From Patescibacteria group bacterium (GTDB lineage: Bacteria; Patescibacteriota; Gracilibacteria; UBA1369; PNNO01), in contig JBHPIO010000003.1 in the NCBI GenBank assembly GCA_042568575.1, positions 1-64,000 of the forward strand: a stretch of DNA of 64,000 nt, read 5' to 3'. Below the pieces are notes generated by a model. That model ran no database searches. It saw only the letters and a program-made list of their open reading frames with translations, and was not told where the DNA came from. The stretch's first letter is position 1, and each line of letters opens with the position of its first letter. Made by a program: the position numbers and the translations under genes. Below, in pieces: positions 30,224 through 39,887 of this stretch.

Positions 30224-31975
30224 ATGAATTACAGAACTTTGTTGACGGGGTTGGTGGCGTTGATGTTTGTGGGTTGTCCTGTTACACCAAAGCCGGACGT
30301 TAGGGAGCCGGTGGTTGTACGAGAACGACCAAAACCCAAGCTTCCGCCCATTCCGGCGAAGCTGGTGTGGAGTGATGGTTCGATTTTCGTGCCAACGAGG
30401 GAGTACACAACGTGCAACATTAGCGGCCGTGTCTACAGGATTTTTCTTCCTGACAATCGGGTGATAACGAAGAACTTGTACTATTACGAGCCGGTTGTGT
30501 GGCTCAAGCCTGTTCATCCCAAAAATAAAAGGCCTTACTCGGAATTCAGTCTGACGAATTACGATCTGACCAAGAATGCAGAGTGCCGCAAGCGAATTTG
30601 TTTGACGCAAGGAAAGCCGAAGTGCACAGTGGTTCTTTCTCCATTGCCTGTTTCCATGGTTGAAATAGGTGCAGCGAATGGTCATCCAGTAGGCAAGGCA
30701 TACGCTCGAAAATGGAGAAGAATCTTTAGAATTAATCAACGTTTGCAAAGTGGTGTAAGGGTTATAATTCCGCGCAAAACTGCCGCAGACGAAAAGCAAT
30801 ATTGCCCGATTCCTTTGGAAATCAGATATCGTTATCGTGCTTTCCGTGGTAGCGTAGCGCCTCAGCTCGTCCTCGATTTGTATTCAATGGCAAACTCGAG
30901 GGAATTCCAGCGGCTTTCCCAGAAGGTGAAGGTGGGTAGCGGAAACACACCCACACTCGTGGCGCCTCATCAGGTTCAGAGCTTGTTTACCAGGCAGAGC
31001 ACGAGTCTTACCAAGTACACCATCAATTTCTATGGTGATGACGGGAGCTCGCAGCCGTTTGTTAACAAGCTGCACGGCCTTTTGTCCGATGGGATGGAGA
31101 ACATTCTTACGGTAAATCTGGCTGCGGATCAAGCGAAACTTTCCCGTATGAGCAAAGAGCTTGTGTCGGGGATGGACTTCCAGAAGCTTCCAGACATTAT
31201 CAACAAGGCGGTGAAATCATTCAATAGCGCAAAAACTTCCAGGGAGCAGCGCACGCATATGTCTCATCGCGAGAAGTGGGATTTCTTCTCGGTCGTGGCC
31301 AAGGGCGCTTTGGAGTATCTAGGTCTGAAGGATCAACCTGCTAAGTGGACAAAGGACGAGTGGGACAAATTCATCCATGCCACAAAGAATACGTTCAAGT
31401 GGGAGCAGATAGATAGAACGGCAAACACCTGGCGTATCAGAGCGATCAACTTGGTGCGCTTGGTGGTTAGCAACCAGGTAAAAACCGCCTCAGTGCGAAC
31501 GGCCAAGTTCGATCTCAGTAGCTTTTCCTACCAGGAGGCTAATTACGCGGTTAACGTGCGTTGTAAGTGTATCCCGCGTGACGGCCACTGCGATGCGGGC
31601 TGCGAGACCTTTGGTACCAGCCCTCAAGATGATTGTGGGTGGTGTAGGCCTGTGTGCAAAGTGGTTCGAGTTGGGCGCGCAAGGGATTTTTGCCATACTA
31701 CACCGAATATGCATAACAGATCTGTTATCAGAAGCGGAACTATTTGTCTGCCAGCGGGGCATATAATTAGCAAGCTTCAGTATTTCTGTCATGGGGCTGC
31801 TTGTCCTTGGTCCTATGATCCTCGGGGTGGATACGGCGCTAATTATCGACTCCATACTGGAAACAGGTGTGCTATCTGGGCAAGGAAATGGGGTGGAAGA
31901 CCAGTTCGAGAGTGTTACAGAGTTCATTACACCGTCCCAGTCCGCCAGTGTCCCCGCGTTTGCACCCGCCGATAA
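30224..31975 (+). CDS. Orphan basic, Cys-rich putative lipoprotein
   Basis: MNYRTLLTGLVALMFVGC lipobox-like start, SD GAGGAG, 583-aa ORF, Cys-rich C-terminus, higher GC than the flanks. Confidence 0.8.
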   Translation: MNYRTLLTGLVALMFVGCPVTPKPDVREPVVVRERPKPKLPPIPAKLVWSDGSIFVPTREYTTCNISGRVYRIFLPDNRVITKNLYYYEPVVWLKPVHPKNKRPYSEFSLTNYDLTKNAECRKRICLTQGKPKCTVVLSPLPVSMVEIGAANGHPVGKAYARKWRRIFRINQRLQSGVRVIIPRKTAADEKQYCPIPLEIRYRYRAFRGSVAPQLVLDLYSMANSREFQRLSQKVKVGSGNTPTLVAPHQVQSLFTRQSTSLTKYTINFYGDDGSSQPFVNKLHGLLSDGMENILTVNLAADQAKLSRMSKELVSGMDFQKLPDIINKAVKSFNSAKTSREQRTHMSHREKWDFFSVVAKGALEYLGLKDQPAKWTKDEWDKFIHATKNTFKWEQIDRTANTWRIRAINLVRLVVSNQVKTASVRTAKFDLSSFSYQEANYAVNVRCKCIPRDGHCDAGCETFGTSPQDDCGWCRPVCKVVRVGRARDFCHTTPNMHNRSVIRSGTICLPAGHIISKLQYFCHGAACPWSYDPRGGYGANYRLHTGNRCAIWARKWGGRPVRECYRVHYTVPVRQCPRVCTRR

Positions 31976-32050
31976 CCCCTCTCCAATTCTCTTGTTAGTT
32001 ACGTAGCAAACACACTTCGGTGATTTCCCGGAGCTGATTGCTCATTCTTG

Positions 32051-32090
32051 CCCTACACCAAGCTTAGTTTAGTTTGCGTGTAGGGTTTTT
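32051..32090 (+). terminator. Intrinsic terminator
   Basis: CCCTACAC...GTGTAGGG followed by T5. Confidence 0.7.
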
Positions 32091-32092
32091 GA

Positions 32093-34063
32093 TTATTTTT
32101 TTTCTTCCTCATTTGCAGGCGCCTCTTCTTTATCCTCATCTACAACTTCACCTTCAACAACTTCTTCTTCGTCGGTTTTCTTTTCTTTTACAGTTACGCC
32201 GTCGTCTTCTTCGGCAGGAGCACCTTCTTCGCCTGGTGCTGCAGCACCAGCGGCTTTGTACATTTCTGCTCCAACTTTTTGAATAACTTCGGACAATGCT
32301 TCGTAAGCTGGTTTAATTTCTTCGTCTGTAGCTTCTTTGTTCTCAAGGATTTTCTTTAGTTCGTCGATCTTTTCCTGAACTGGCGCTTTCACGTCGTCGC
32401 TGACTTTGTCGCCGGCATCTTTAAGAGTCTTTTCACTTTGGAAAACTAGGCTTTCCGCTTTATTTCGAACTTCAATTGCTTCTTGTTTTTTCTTGTCTTC
32501 TTCAGCGTATTGTTCAGCTTCTTTTTTCATTCGTTCGATTTCCTCATCAGCCATATTTGAAGATCCTGTAATTGTAATATGCTGCTCTTTGTTTGTCGCC
32601 TTATCAGTTGCTTTTACGTTCAGGATTCCGTTTGCGTCGATGTCGAATGTAACTTCAACTTGTGGTACGCCCCGTGGAGCTGGCGGAATTCCATCGAGCA
32701 TGAATTTTCCGAGCGACTTATTGTCAACGGCCATTGGACGTTCACCTTGCAGTACGTGAATCTCAACAGATGTTTGATTGTCTGCAGCAGTTGAGAAAAC
32801 CTGAGATTTTGAAGTAGGGATTGTTGTGTTGCGTTCAATCAATTGCGTACAAACACCTCCCAGAGTTTCAAGTCCAAGTGATAGGGGAGTTACGTCCAAA
32901 AGAAGGATGTCTTTTACATCTCCTTGTAAAACTCCACCTTGAATTGATGCTCCCATTGCCACAACCTCATCTGGATTGATTCCTCTGTGTGATTCTTTGC
33001 CGAAAATTTCTTCTACTTTAGCTTGAACTGCTGGCATTCTTGTCATTCCTCCAACAAGGATTACTTCATCAATGTCGCTTTGATAAACCTTTGCATCGTC
33101 CATTGCTTTTCGGCATGGCTCTACAGTGTCATGAATCAAGTCGGCAATAAGATCTTCCAATTTTGCTCGGTTCAATTTGATGTTCAAATGCTTTGCCCCA
33201 TCGCTATCTGAAGTGATAAATGGAATGTTGACTTCAGTCTCATGTTGAGAAGAAAGCTCGATTTTAGCTTTTTCAGCTCCATCTTTTAATCTCTGGATAG
33301 CAACTTTATCTTTTGATAAATCTACTCCCTGTTCTTTTTTGAATTCTTCTACAAGCCAGTCGATGATTTTTTGATCGAAGTCATCACCACCAAGCTGAGT
33401 GTTTCCATTTGTAGAAAGTACTTCGAATTGTTTTTCTCCTTCTACATCATCAATCTCAAGGATTGAAACATCGAAAGTTCCTCCACCAAGATCGTATACT
33501 GCGATCTTTTTCTCTCCGCCTTTTTTATCCATTCCATATGCAAGAGCGGCAGCTGTTGGCTCGTTAATGATTCTTTTTACTTCAAGTCCTGCGATTTTCC
33601 CGGCGTCTTTTGTCGCTTGTCTTTGCGAATCGTTAAAGTATGCAGGAACTGTGATTACTGCTTCTGTAATTGTTTCACCTGTATATTTTTCCGCGTCCGC
33701 CTTTAGCTTTTGTAAGATCATTGCTGAAATTTCAGCTGGTCTTCGTTCTTTCCCATCAAGCACCATCTCAACTTCTCCACTTTTTCCTTTTACGCACTTA
33801 AACGGCATACGATCAATATCTTTTTTAGATTCATCATACAAATGTCCAATAAAACGTTTTGATGAAAAGATAGTATTGTCTGGGTTTGTAACTGACTGAC
33901 GTTTAGCAGCAACACCAACAAGACGTTCTTTGTCTTTAATTGCAACCATCGATGGAGTGGTTCTTCCACCTTCAGCGTTAGGGATCACAGTTGGCTCTCC
34001 GCCTTCCATAATTGCCATACAGCAGTTAGTTGTTCCCAGGTCGATTCCAAGTATTTTACCCAT
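32093..34063 (-). CDS. dnaK: Chaperone DnaK (Hsp70)
   Basis: [31 protein letters not shown]. Confidence 0.99.
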   Translation of the reverse strand: MGKILGIDLGTTNCCMAIMEGGEPTVIPNAEGGRTTPSMVAIKDKERLVGVAAKRQSVTNPDNTIFSSKRFIGHLYDESKKDIDRMPFKCVKGKSGEVEMVLDGKERRPAEISAMILQKLKADAEKYTGETITEAVITVPAYFNDSQRQATKDAGKIAGLEVKRIINEPTAAALAYGMDKKGGEKKIAVYDLGGGTFDVSILEIDDVEGEKQFEVLSTNGNTQLGGDDFDQKIIDWLVEEFKKEQGVDLSKDKVAIQRLKDGAEKAKIELSSQHETEVNIPFITSDSDGAKHLNIKLNRAKLEDLIADLIHDTVEPCRKAMDDAKVYQSDIDEVILVGGMTRMPAVQAKVEEIFGKESHRGINPDEVVAMGASIQGGVLQGDVKDILLLDVTPLSLGLETLGGVCTQLIERNTTIPTSKSQVFSTAADNQTSVEIHVLQGERPMAVDNKSLGKFMLDGIPPAPRGVPQVEVTFDIDANGILNVKATDKATNKEQHITITGSSNMADEEIERMKKEAEQYAEEDKKKQEAIEVRNKAESLVFQSEKTLKDAGDKVSDDVKAPVQEKIDELKKILENKEATDEEIKPAYEALSEVIQKVGAEMYKAAGAAAPGEEGAPAEEDDGVTVKEKKTDEEEVVEGEVVDEDKEEAPANEEEKK

Positions 34064-34083
34064 TTTATTGATTGTTAATTAAT

Positions 34084-34110
34084 TTAGCACTCGCAATTAT
34101 AGAGTGCCAG
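34084..34110. promoter_or_regulatory. CIRCE operator (HrcA site) in the dnaK promoter
   Basis: TTAGCACTC-N9-GAGTGCCAG versus consensus TTAGCACTC-N9-GAGTGCTAA; overlaps minus-strand TTGACC-N17-TATAAT. Confidence 0.9.
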
Positions 34111-34215
34111 CAAGTTCAGGTCAAGAGAAATTTATATAACTTTACACAGGGAGAAGTTTTTGACTTTCTATACGGAAATGCTATATTTAGATCTCCAGAG
34201 GGTTCTTAACCTAAA

Positions 34216-34413
34216 ATGATTATGAATGGACTAGGAGAAAACCCACAAATAGGTAGGCCTTCAGCAGTTCCTCGCGAACATGGTGATGTTAAAGCACGGC
34301 TTCGAGGGATGCGTGAAGCAAGCCTTGAAGAAGCTGATGCGGTTATTGCGGATTTGGAAAACGGCAACTACGAAGATGAAGATGCTTTGCTTGGTATGGA
34401 AGAAGCAGCTTAA
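34216..34413 (+). CDS. Small acidic hypothetical protein
   Basis: 65-aa ORF downstream of TTGACT-N16-TATATT (from 34160); fills the intergenic gap. Confidence 0.6.
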   Translation: MIMNGLGENPQIGRPSAVPREHGDVKARLRGMREASLEEADAVIADLENGNYEDEDALLGMEEAA

Positions 34414-34432
34414 GTAACGCTTAGCTTTCATT

Positions 34433-35488
34433 CTAACTTTCGTCCTTAAGGCGGAAGAGTTTTTTCTGGTATTTAATAAATCTCATTACGCGAATTACCT
34501 GAACAGTCCTTGCTAACAAATATTTCAATTTTGCAGAAGGATTATCTATAAATTCACCATCTTCGTCCTCATCATCAAAAGTCAAAGACATGTTTTCATC
34601 GCTTCGTATATTACTGATAGTTTGTCCAGCAATAGAATTTGCTTGATGCTCGAGTAATCTTTTTATTATTGCTGCTAGAAAATCTGCTGTATCTTTTTCT
34701 TCAGTGAAATATTTAGTAAATGATTCTTCAACCTCGGCTATGGCTTCAGCTAGTGCTTTGTCTTTCAACTTTACTTCTTTTGGTTTGACTCCTAATTGTT
34801 CTATGAAAACCCTTGACTCACAAGTTTCAATAAGTGTGTCTGCTCTATCTTCAGATTGCATCAATCCAGTTTTTTTCCTAAATTCACTTTTTCTTTTGCT
34901 GTCGAATCCGGCGGAATTGTTAATTTCACTGTATTTTTCTGACAATTCACAAAGTTGCTTATTACTAACCTCACTTCTCCCTTCAGTCATTTTTTCCAAT
35001 ATCTCAAGTAAACCTATTCGAAATTGTTGGTTGCATCTGTAATGATCAGGAGTTGATTGTGCAAGGAAGAAAACTCCCTTAGTTTTTAACTCATGAAGAA
35101 ATTTATCAACTAAACTTTCAAGTTCATTATAGTGTTTTATTAATGCTTCAAAAAACTCATCTCCCAATTGATTCATTGCCTCGACAAGTTTTGCTTTCCC
35201 CTCTGGCGGTAATTTGAAATTAGGATCAAATTCAGCTGTACTGTTTGCAACTTTTCCTAAACCTGCATACAGTGTTGCTAGCTCTCTTACTGTGTCGTCA
35301 TCTTCTCGAGCACCAACAATAACTTCCATATCGTTCTTCATTTGTTCAGGATCAAATCTAAACGGAGATACAACTTCTGCCGCAGCCGATTTAGTTGCTG
35401 CGTCACCTTTTACAGAAGGTTCATCTGTTTCTGGTTGTGCACCTTCTTCTAACCCTTTTTTTAGCTCCTTGTCGCGATCTTCAGTCAT
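34433..35488 (-). CDS. Hypothetical helical protein between grpE and dnaK
   Basis: 351-aa ORF with its own TTGACG-N17-TATAAT promoter; no recognisable motif. Confidence 0.75.
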   Translation of the reverse strand: MTEDRDKELKKGLEEGAQPETDEPSVKGDAATKSAAAEVVSPFRFDPEQMKNDMEVIVGAREDDDTVRELATLYAGLGKVANSTAEFDPNFKLPPEGKAKLVEAMNQLGDEFFEALIKHYNELESLVDKFLHELKTKGVFFLAQSTPDHYRCNQQFRIGLLEILEKMTEGRSEVSNKQLCELSEKYSEINNSAGFDSKRKSEFRKKTGLMQSEDRADTLIETCESRVFIEQLGVKPKEVKLKDKALAEAIAEVEESFTKYFTEEKDTADFLAAIIKRLLEHQANSIAGQTISNIRSDENMSLTFDDEDEDGEFIDNPSAKLKYLLARTVQVIRVMRFIKYQKKLFRLKDES

Positions 35489-35574
35489 GATATTTTATTA
35501 AATCATCAGTTAATTATACAACGCAAACAGGTTTGCGTCAATTGCTGTAGTACGATTTGGACGATCAAAACGTC

Positions 35575-36084
35575 TTAACTGCCATCTCCAACTTTAACTT
35601 TTGCAGGACGTAATGTCTGATCCTCAATTAGATAACCCGATTCGAGCTCTTCTATTACAACATCCTTTTCTCCGGGACCTTGTGCGATGGCTTCATGGAA
35701 GTCTGTGTTGAATTTTTCGCCGACCGCTTTCATCTTGGTTATTTTGAATTTTTCCATTATTTGTTCGAACTGTTTGATGATATTTTGAATTCCTTTAACC
35801 CAGTCATTTTCAACCAAGTCTTCTGGCAGATGTTCTGCAGCTCTTTCGAAACTGTCAAAAACTGGAAGGATCTCTGAAAATACGCTTGCTGATGCGAATT
35901 TCACGAATGCCTGTTTTTCTTCTTCGGCGCGTTTTTTGTAATTTTGAAGATCGGCCATTGCGCGCATTGCCTGATCATTTAGTTCTTCGATTTTTTTGTT
36001 TGCCAGTTCGAGTTCATTTGGGCACTCCTCTTGTGCGTTAGTTTCCTCTTCTTGAGGCACGCTTGTATCGTCCGTATCGTTCAT
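35575..36084 (-). CDS. grpE: Nucleotide exchange factor GrpE
   Basis: RAMADLQNYKKR...ILPVFDSFERA...GY...LRPAKVKV. Confidence 0.95.
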   Translation of the reverse strand: MNDTDDTSVPQEEETNAQEECPNELELANKKIEELNDQAMRAMADLQNYKKRAEEEKQAFVKFASASVFSEILPVFDSFERAAEHLPEDLVENDWVKGIQNIIKQFEQIMEKFKITKMKAVGEKFNTDFHEAIAQGPGEKDVVIEELESGYLIEDQTLRPAKVKVGDGS

Positions 36085-36103
36085 TATTAAAAGTGATTAA
36101 AGA

Positions 36104-36820
36104 TTATTTTTTGTCTTGAAAAAGTCTTTTGATTTCTTCAAGGATAGCTTTATTAAAAGGATAATTCATGCGAGTAGGGCCGATAATTCCCATGTAGCCT
36201 TGGAATCCGTCTTTTTCATATTTTGTGACAACAACACTGCAGCTTTGGATCTGTTCGAGAATATTTTCTTTTCCAATATAGATTTTAATTGAGTCGTCGA
36301 TATCAAGATCTTCAAGAAGTCTTCTAAAGTTGTCATCGTTTTCGAGTACCTCAACTACCTGGCTTGCCTGAATATTGTTTAAAGCGAATTCTGGCTGTTT
36401 TAAGGCATTTGAAAGGCCAAGATAAAAAGTTCTTTTGTTGTCTGGAAGTGTTGCGAAACTGACATTTTCCGTAGCGCGAGAAAGAATAGATACAGCATCG
36501 TAAATATGTTCACGAATTTTCTCTGCCTGATATTGTTCCTGAACATTTTTGATTTTCTGAATTGCCTTTTTCTTTGCTTCTTTGTAATCTGCGATTTCGT
36601 CTACATAAAGGCGATATCCTTGATCTGTTGGAACGCGTCCGGCAGAAGTGTAAGGTTGATAAATGAGTCCTTCCTTTTCGAGAGATGCCATGTCGTTACG
36701 AATTGTGGCAGGGCTTACGGAAAAATGATAGCTCACAAGTATCGTCTTTGATCCGACTGGCTCGGCTGTCTGGACGAAGTGTTTTACAATTGCCTTTAAG
36801 ATTTGTTGCTTCCTATCCAT
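36104..36820 (-). CDS. hrcA: Heat-inducible transcription repressor HrcA (short form)
   Basis: PVGSK...SPATIRNDMASLE...PYTSAGRVPTDQGYRLYVD...IIGPTRMNY. Confidence 0.95.
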   Translation of the reverse strand: MDRKQQILKAIVKHFVQTAEPVGSKTILVSYHFSVSPATIRNDMASLEKEGLIYQPYTSAGRVPTDQGYRLYVDEIADYKEAKKKAIQKIKNVQEQYQAEKIREHIYDAVSILSRATENVSFATLPDNKRTFYLGLSNALKQPEFALNNIQASQVVEVLENDDNFRRLLEDLDIDDSIKIYIGKENILEQIQSCSVVVTKYEKDGFQGYMGIIGPTRMNYPFNKAILEEIKRLFQDKK

Positions 36821-36829
36821 GGGGTTTGA

Positions 36830-36856
36830 TTAGCACTGAGTATTATACAGTGCCAG
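36830..36856. promoter_or_regulatory. CIRCE operator variant upstream of hrcA
   Basis: TTAGCACTG-N9-CAGTGCCAG; overlaps minus-strand TTGCCA-N16-TATAAT. Confidence 0.85.
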
Positions 36857-36945
36857 CTTTATTTGGCAAGATTTCGTTTAAGGTGCTTGAAAAAGAGCTC
36901 TTTTTGTGTTAAAATAGAGAGAAAATAAAAATAAATATAACCATC

Positions 36946-39096
36946 ATGAAAAATACAAACGCGGAAGCTCCGCAAACACCAAAAAAGCCTAGGAAGATAG
37001 GTAAAATTTTATTAATTGCCCTTGCAGTTGTAGTCCTTGGAGGGGCAACTGTATACACTCTTATGTTCTCCGGGGGTGGAGGAAGGCTTACAGGAAGCCT
37101 TATTCAAGTTCCGGAGTGTAGTCCAAATAATATAAAAGGACTAACAATATCTGATGCACCGTATGATTGGTGGGGAATCACCGATGAACAATGTGAGTGT
37201 AATGATAGTGAAAATTGGACAATAAACTCCTCTCTCCCTACTTATACAGGTGCGTATTGTGACGAAGCTTATGGTGTGTCTTGTTATAGATTAGAACAGG
37301 AGAATACACCTTGTGTTTGTAAGACCGGATTTCATCTTGAGGACTTTAACTGTGTTGAAGATGAATCTTCGGCTATGTGTATATTTTCAACACCTGAAAT
37401 TGATTATTGTACTTCGGGTGGAACGTGTATAGATAACTCGCATTTGGAACAAAATAGATGCCAGTGCGATAGTGGATATGAATTTAAAGAGGGGAAATGT
37501 GAAGCAGAAACCGCAACTGTTGAATCTGGAACATTTACCAAGGTTGTCGGTACCGGAATAACTAAGTCGTATGTAGATATGACTGAAAGATTTCCGGGAA
37601 CTGCAACTGATACAAAGAACGTAACTCAGTGTGCGGATTCTTCAATGAATTCAAGTTGTATTTGTCCTGATGATACTTATTTCGATTCGGTTAACGGGGA
37701 TTGTGTAGAGATTACTTGTGATCTTGATAAACAAAAGGTTGATGAAACTTACAACCACAATGTTGAGTCTTATGATCATACATCTGTGGCTGGACGGGCA
37801 ATGCTTGAAAATTATTATAAAGAGGTAGGATCTTATGCGGATGATTGTGCAGAGGAAGAAGTTGTTGCAGAAGAAACTACTACTGAGGAAGAAGCTGCGG
37901 TCGAAGAGGAAGCTGAAGAAGAAACTGCAGAAGAAACTGCAGAAGAAGAAACTGCAGAAGAAGAGGAAGTTGCAGAAGAAGAAGTTGCGTTAACTTGTGA
38001 TCAGTTATTTGCACTTTTGTCTCAAGCTTTCCGTGATGTGGACTGGGATGTGTATGAGTCTACAATGGAAGCTCTTGATGCTGATGAGTGTTTTGGATAT
38101 TGCGAATCAAGATTCTATTGGACAGTTATGTATATTTCTTTACGTGACTCGATTGCAGCGCGTTTATATTACGATGATGAGAACTGTACAAGTTGTGTTA
38201 TGTACAATGCACTTGCAGGTTATGCTGCAGAATTAATGACAGATTATACGGACTTTATCGAAACTGATGCTCAGATGCTTCGTGATCTTTTAGAGAGCTC
38301 TCTGGACTACTGTGAGGCGCCTACAGACCTTCAGGAGTTTAAAGATGGTCTCGAGTTTGATGATAGTATGTTCTTTACATATGAGGAAGAAGCACCAAAG
38401 GTAGCTGGAATATTCAGTTCATTTATTCCTACAGCGTATGCTCAGTCTAGCGACTTTTCAGATGATGTTGATAGTGTAATTGATGACGTGTTTAGCGAAA
38501 AATTTGAATTGCCAGAGCTTGAAGTTCCACCTACTCCGCAGTGTCGTTCACTTGATATTGTGAAACCTGATGCAGCGGTTGGAGATCAGCCTACAATTCT
38601 TATTCCTTTATCGGGATATGTTAATGAAGAGCTTGCGATCCTTGTTGATACTGATCCAAATGCGGTAAGTCTTTATAGATACAAATCTTTAGAAGCTACG
38701 ATTACTTTTGATAATCAGGGGCACATTTACGATACAATTAAAACTTCAGTTGTGATGAATCACACTGATACTAGCAAAGGCGATATAGTTACTGTTTGGG
38801 CTCTAGATAGTGAAGGAGCGGGAATTCAGGAGTGTCATGACTCATTTGTCGTGCAGATAAATACACCTGAACCGCCACCAGTTGTTTCAGCGCCTGCTAC
38901 TACTTACGTTCCGCCTGTTGCGGCACCACCTGCAGCGCCAGTTACATCTGCGCCACAGGTTCAACAAGTTGTGGCTCCGGCTCCAGTTTTTCATGCTGCT
39001 GCAGCACCAAATTCACCAGAAAATGGACCTGGCATGCTTTTGTATCTTGCAGGAGCAGGTATCGGAGGTGCATTACTAAGGCGTCGTAAAAAATAA
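36946..39096 (+). CDS. Cys-rich surface protein with EGF-like modules and a C-terminal sorting-like signal
   Basis: N-terminal TM; CVCKTGFHLEDFNC, CQCDSGYEFKEGKC and CICPDDTYFDSVNGDC modules; ends PENGPG-hydrophobic-RRRKK. Confidence 0.82.
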   Translation: MKNTNAEAPQTPKKPRKIGKILLIALAVVVLGGATVYTLMFSGGGGRLTGSLIQVPECSPNNIKGLTISDAPYDWWGITDEQCECNDSENWTINSSLPTYTGAYCDEAYGVSCYRLEQENTPCVCKTGFHLEDFNCVEDESSAMCIFSTPEIDYCTSGGTCIDNSHLEQNRCQCDSGYEFKEGKCEAETATVESGTFTKVVGTGITKSYVDMTERFPGTATDTKNVTQCADSSMNSSCICPDDTYFDSVNGDCVEITCDLDKQKVDETYNHNVESYDHTSVAGRAMLENYYKEVGSYADDCAEEEVVAEETTTEEEAAVEEEAEEETAEETAEEETAEEEEVAEEEVALTCDQLFALLSQAFRDVDWDVYESTMEALDADECFGYCESRFYWTVMYISLRDSIAARLYYDDENCTSCVMYNALAGYAAELMTDYTDFIETDAQMLRDLLESSLDYCEAPTDLQEFKDGLEFDDSMFFTYEEEAPKVAGIFSSFIPTAYAQSSDFSDDVDSVIDDVFSEKFELPELEVPPTPQCRSLDIVKPDAAVGDQPTILIPLSGYVNEELAILVDTDPNAVSLYRYKSLEATITFDNQGHIYDTIKTSVVMNHTDTSKGDIVTVWALDSEGAGIQECHDSFVVQINTPEPPPVVSAPATTYVPPVAAPPAAPVTSAPQVQQVVAPAPVFHAAAAPNSPENGPGMLLYLAGAGIGGALLRRRKK
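37850..37990 (+). repeat. Coding low-complexity repeat (GAAGAAACTGCA-like; EETA/EEVA)
   Basis: Tandem gaagaaactgca / gaagaagttgca units forming an acidic linker. Confidence 0.7.
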
Positions 39097-39225
39097 TCTA
39101 AATTTGGACGTGCCGAACCCGATTCATTGCGCATGCCTCGTTGCTATACTCTTTGGTATGCTTTGAGATGGCTGCTGTGAATGCGGGTTGGTGTTTTTGG
39201 ACTTTGTGAGGTTAGTGGGGAGGGG

Positions 39226-39732
39226 TTATGCTGCGAGTTCAGCTTGATCCATTTCGGCCAGGATACCTTGTATGTACTTCCAGGATATGCCGTTTAGGGC
39301 GTGCCGAACGATGATGTTGGCGCGAACTGCGACACCGCGAAGTGTGATATGATTTTGTGTTCGCAACCAGTGGTCATTTTCTTGACTACCGAAACAGCCA
39401 AGGCATTCACCCATCTTATCCGGGGACTTTACTTCTCGGATGAACCTCCTGGCTCTGTTCACGGCCATGTTGCTTACACGATTTGCTTCATCGACGACTT
39501 CCGGCCTTTCGGCGCAGATTTCTCGATGTTTTTCTCTATACCAAAGGGTATACTTCACGGCCCATGCCATTGGTATTACCACAACCTTCTTGCCTTCGGG
39601 CAAAGAAATGTTCATGAGACCACAGAGATACCGTGAGGCCTCCGTGAGGACTTCCCAGTCAAGCTGTGCATACAGCTCTTTTAGGTGCTCCGGGTGATTC
39701 CAATCCTTCAAATTTTCCGCAGTACCGCTCAT
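39226..39732 (-). CDS. Orphan protein
   Basis: ATG at 39732 preceded by AAGGAGG; higher GC; ends in ELAA. Confidence 0.75.
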   Translation of the reverse strand: MSGTAENLKDWNHPEHLKELYAQLDWEVLTEASRYLCGLMNISLPEGKKVVVIPMAWAVKYTLWYREKHREICAERPEVVDEANRVSNMAVNRARRFIREVKSPDKMGECLGCFGSQENDHWLRTQNHITLRGVAVRANIIVRHALNGISWKYIQGILAEMDQAELAA

Positions 39733-39827
39733 TGCATCCTCCTTGTTGTTGCATAAACCGTCAAAAACATACAATTGTTAATATGCTTGTGGCGGCTTAT
39801 GCAATTCCACTACCTTTCAAAGATCAT

Positions 39828-39870
39828 AAAAAAAACAGCTGAATTATAACGGTGATAACTCAGCTGTCAA
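39828..39870 (-). terminator. gap terminator hairpin that also contains a TTGACA-N16-TATAAT promoter for the orphan gene
   Basis: ACAGCTGAGTTAT-N7-ATAATTCAGCTGT plus a T run on the minus strand; -35 at 39865-39870 and -10 at 39843-39848. Confidence 0.7.
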
Positions 39871-39887
39871 CTTTTTGTCTTAGGCAA

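Noticed and set aside
30173-30799. 208-aa antisense ORF and other ORFs overlapping the orphan lipoprotein
   Set aside because: These are shadow ORFs favoured by the higher GC. The + strand ORF has the promoter, SD and signal peptide.
32406-33899. Antisense ORFs within dnaK, and similar ones in rpoB, rpoC and the 754-aa gene
   Set aside because: They mirror codon bias on the opposite strand of conserved genes and show no independent signals.
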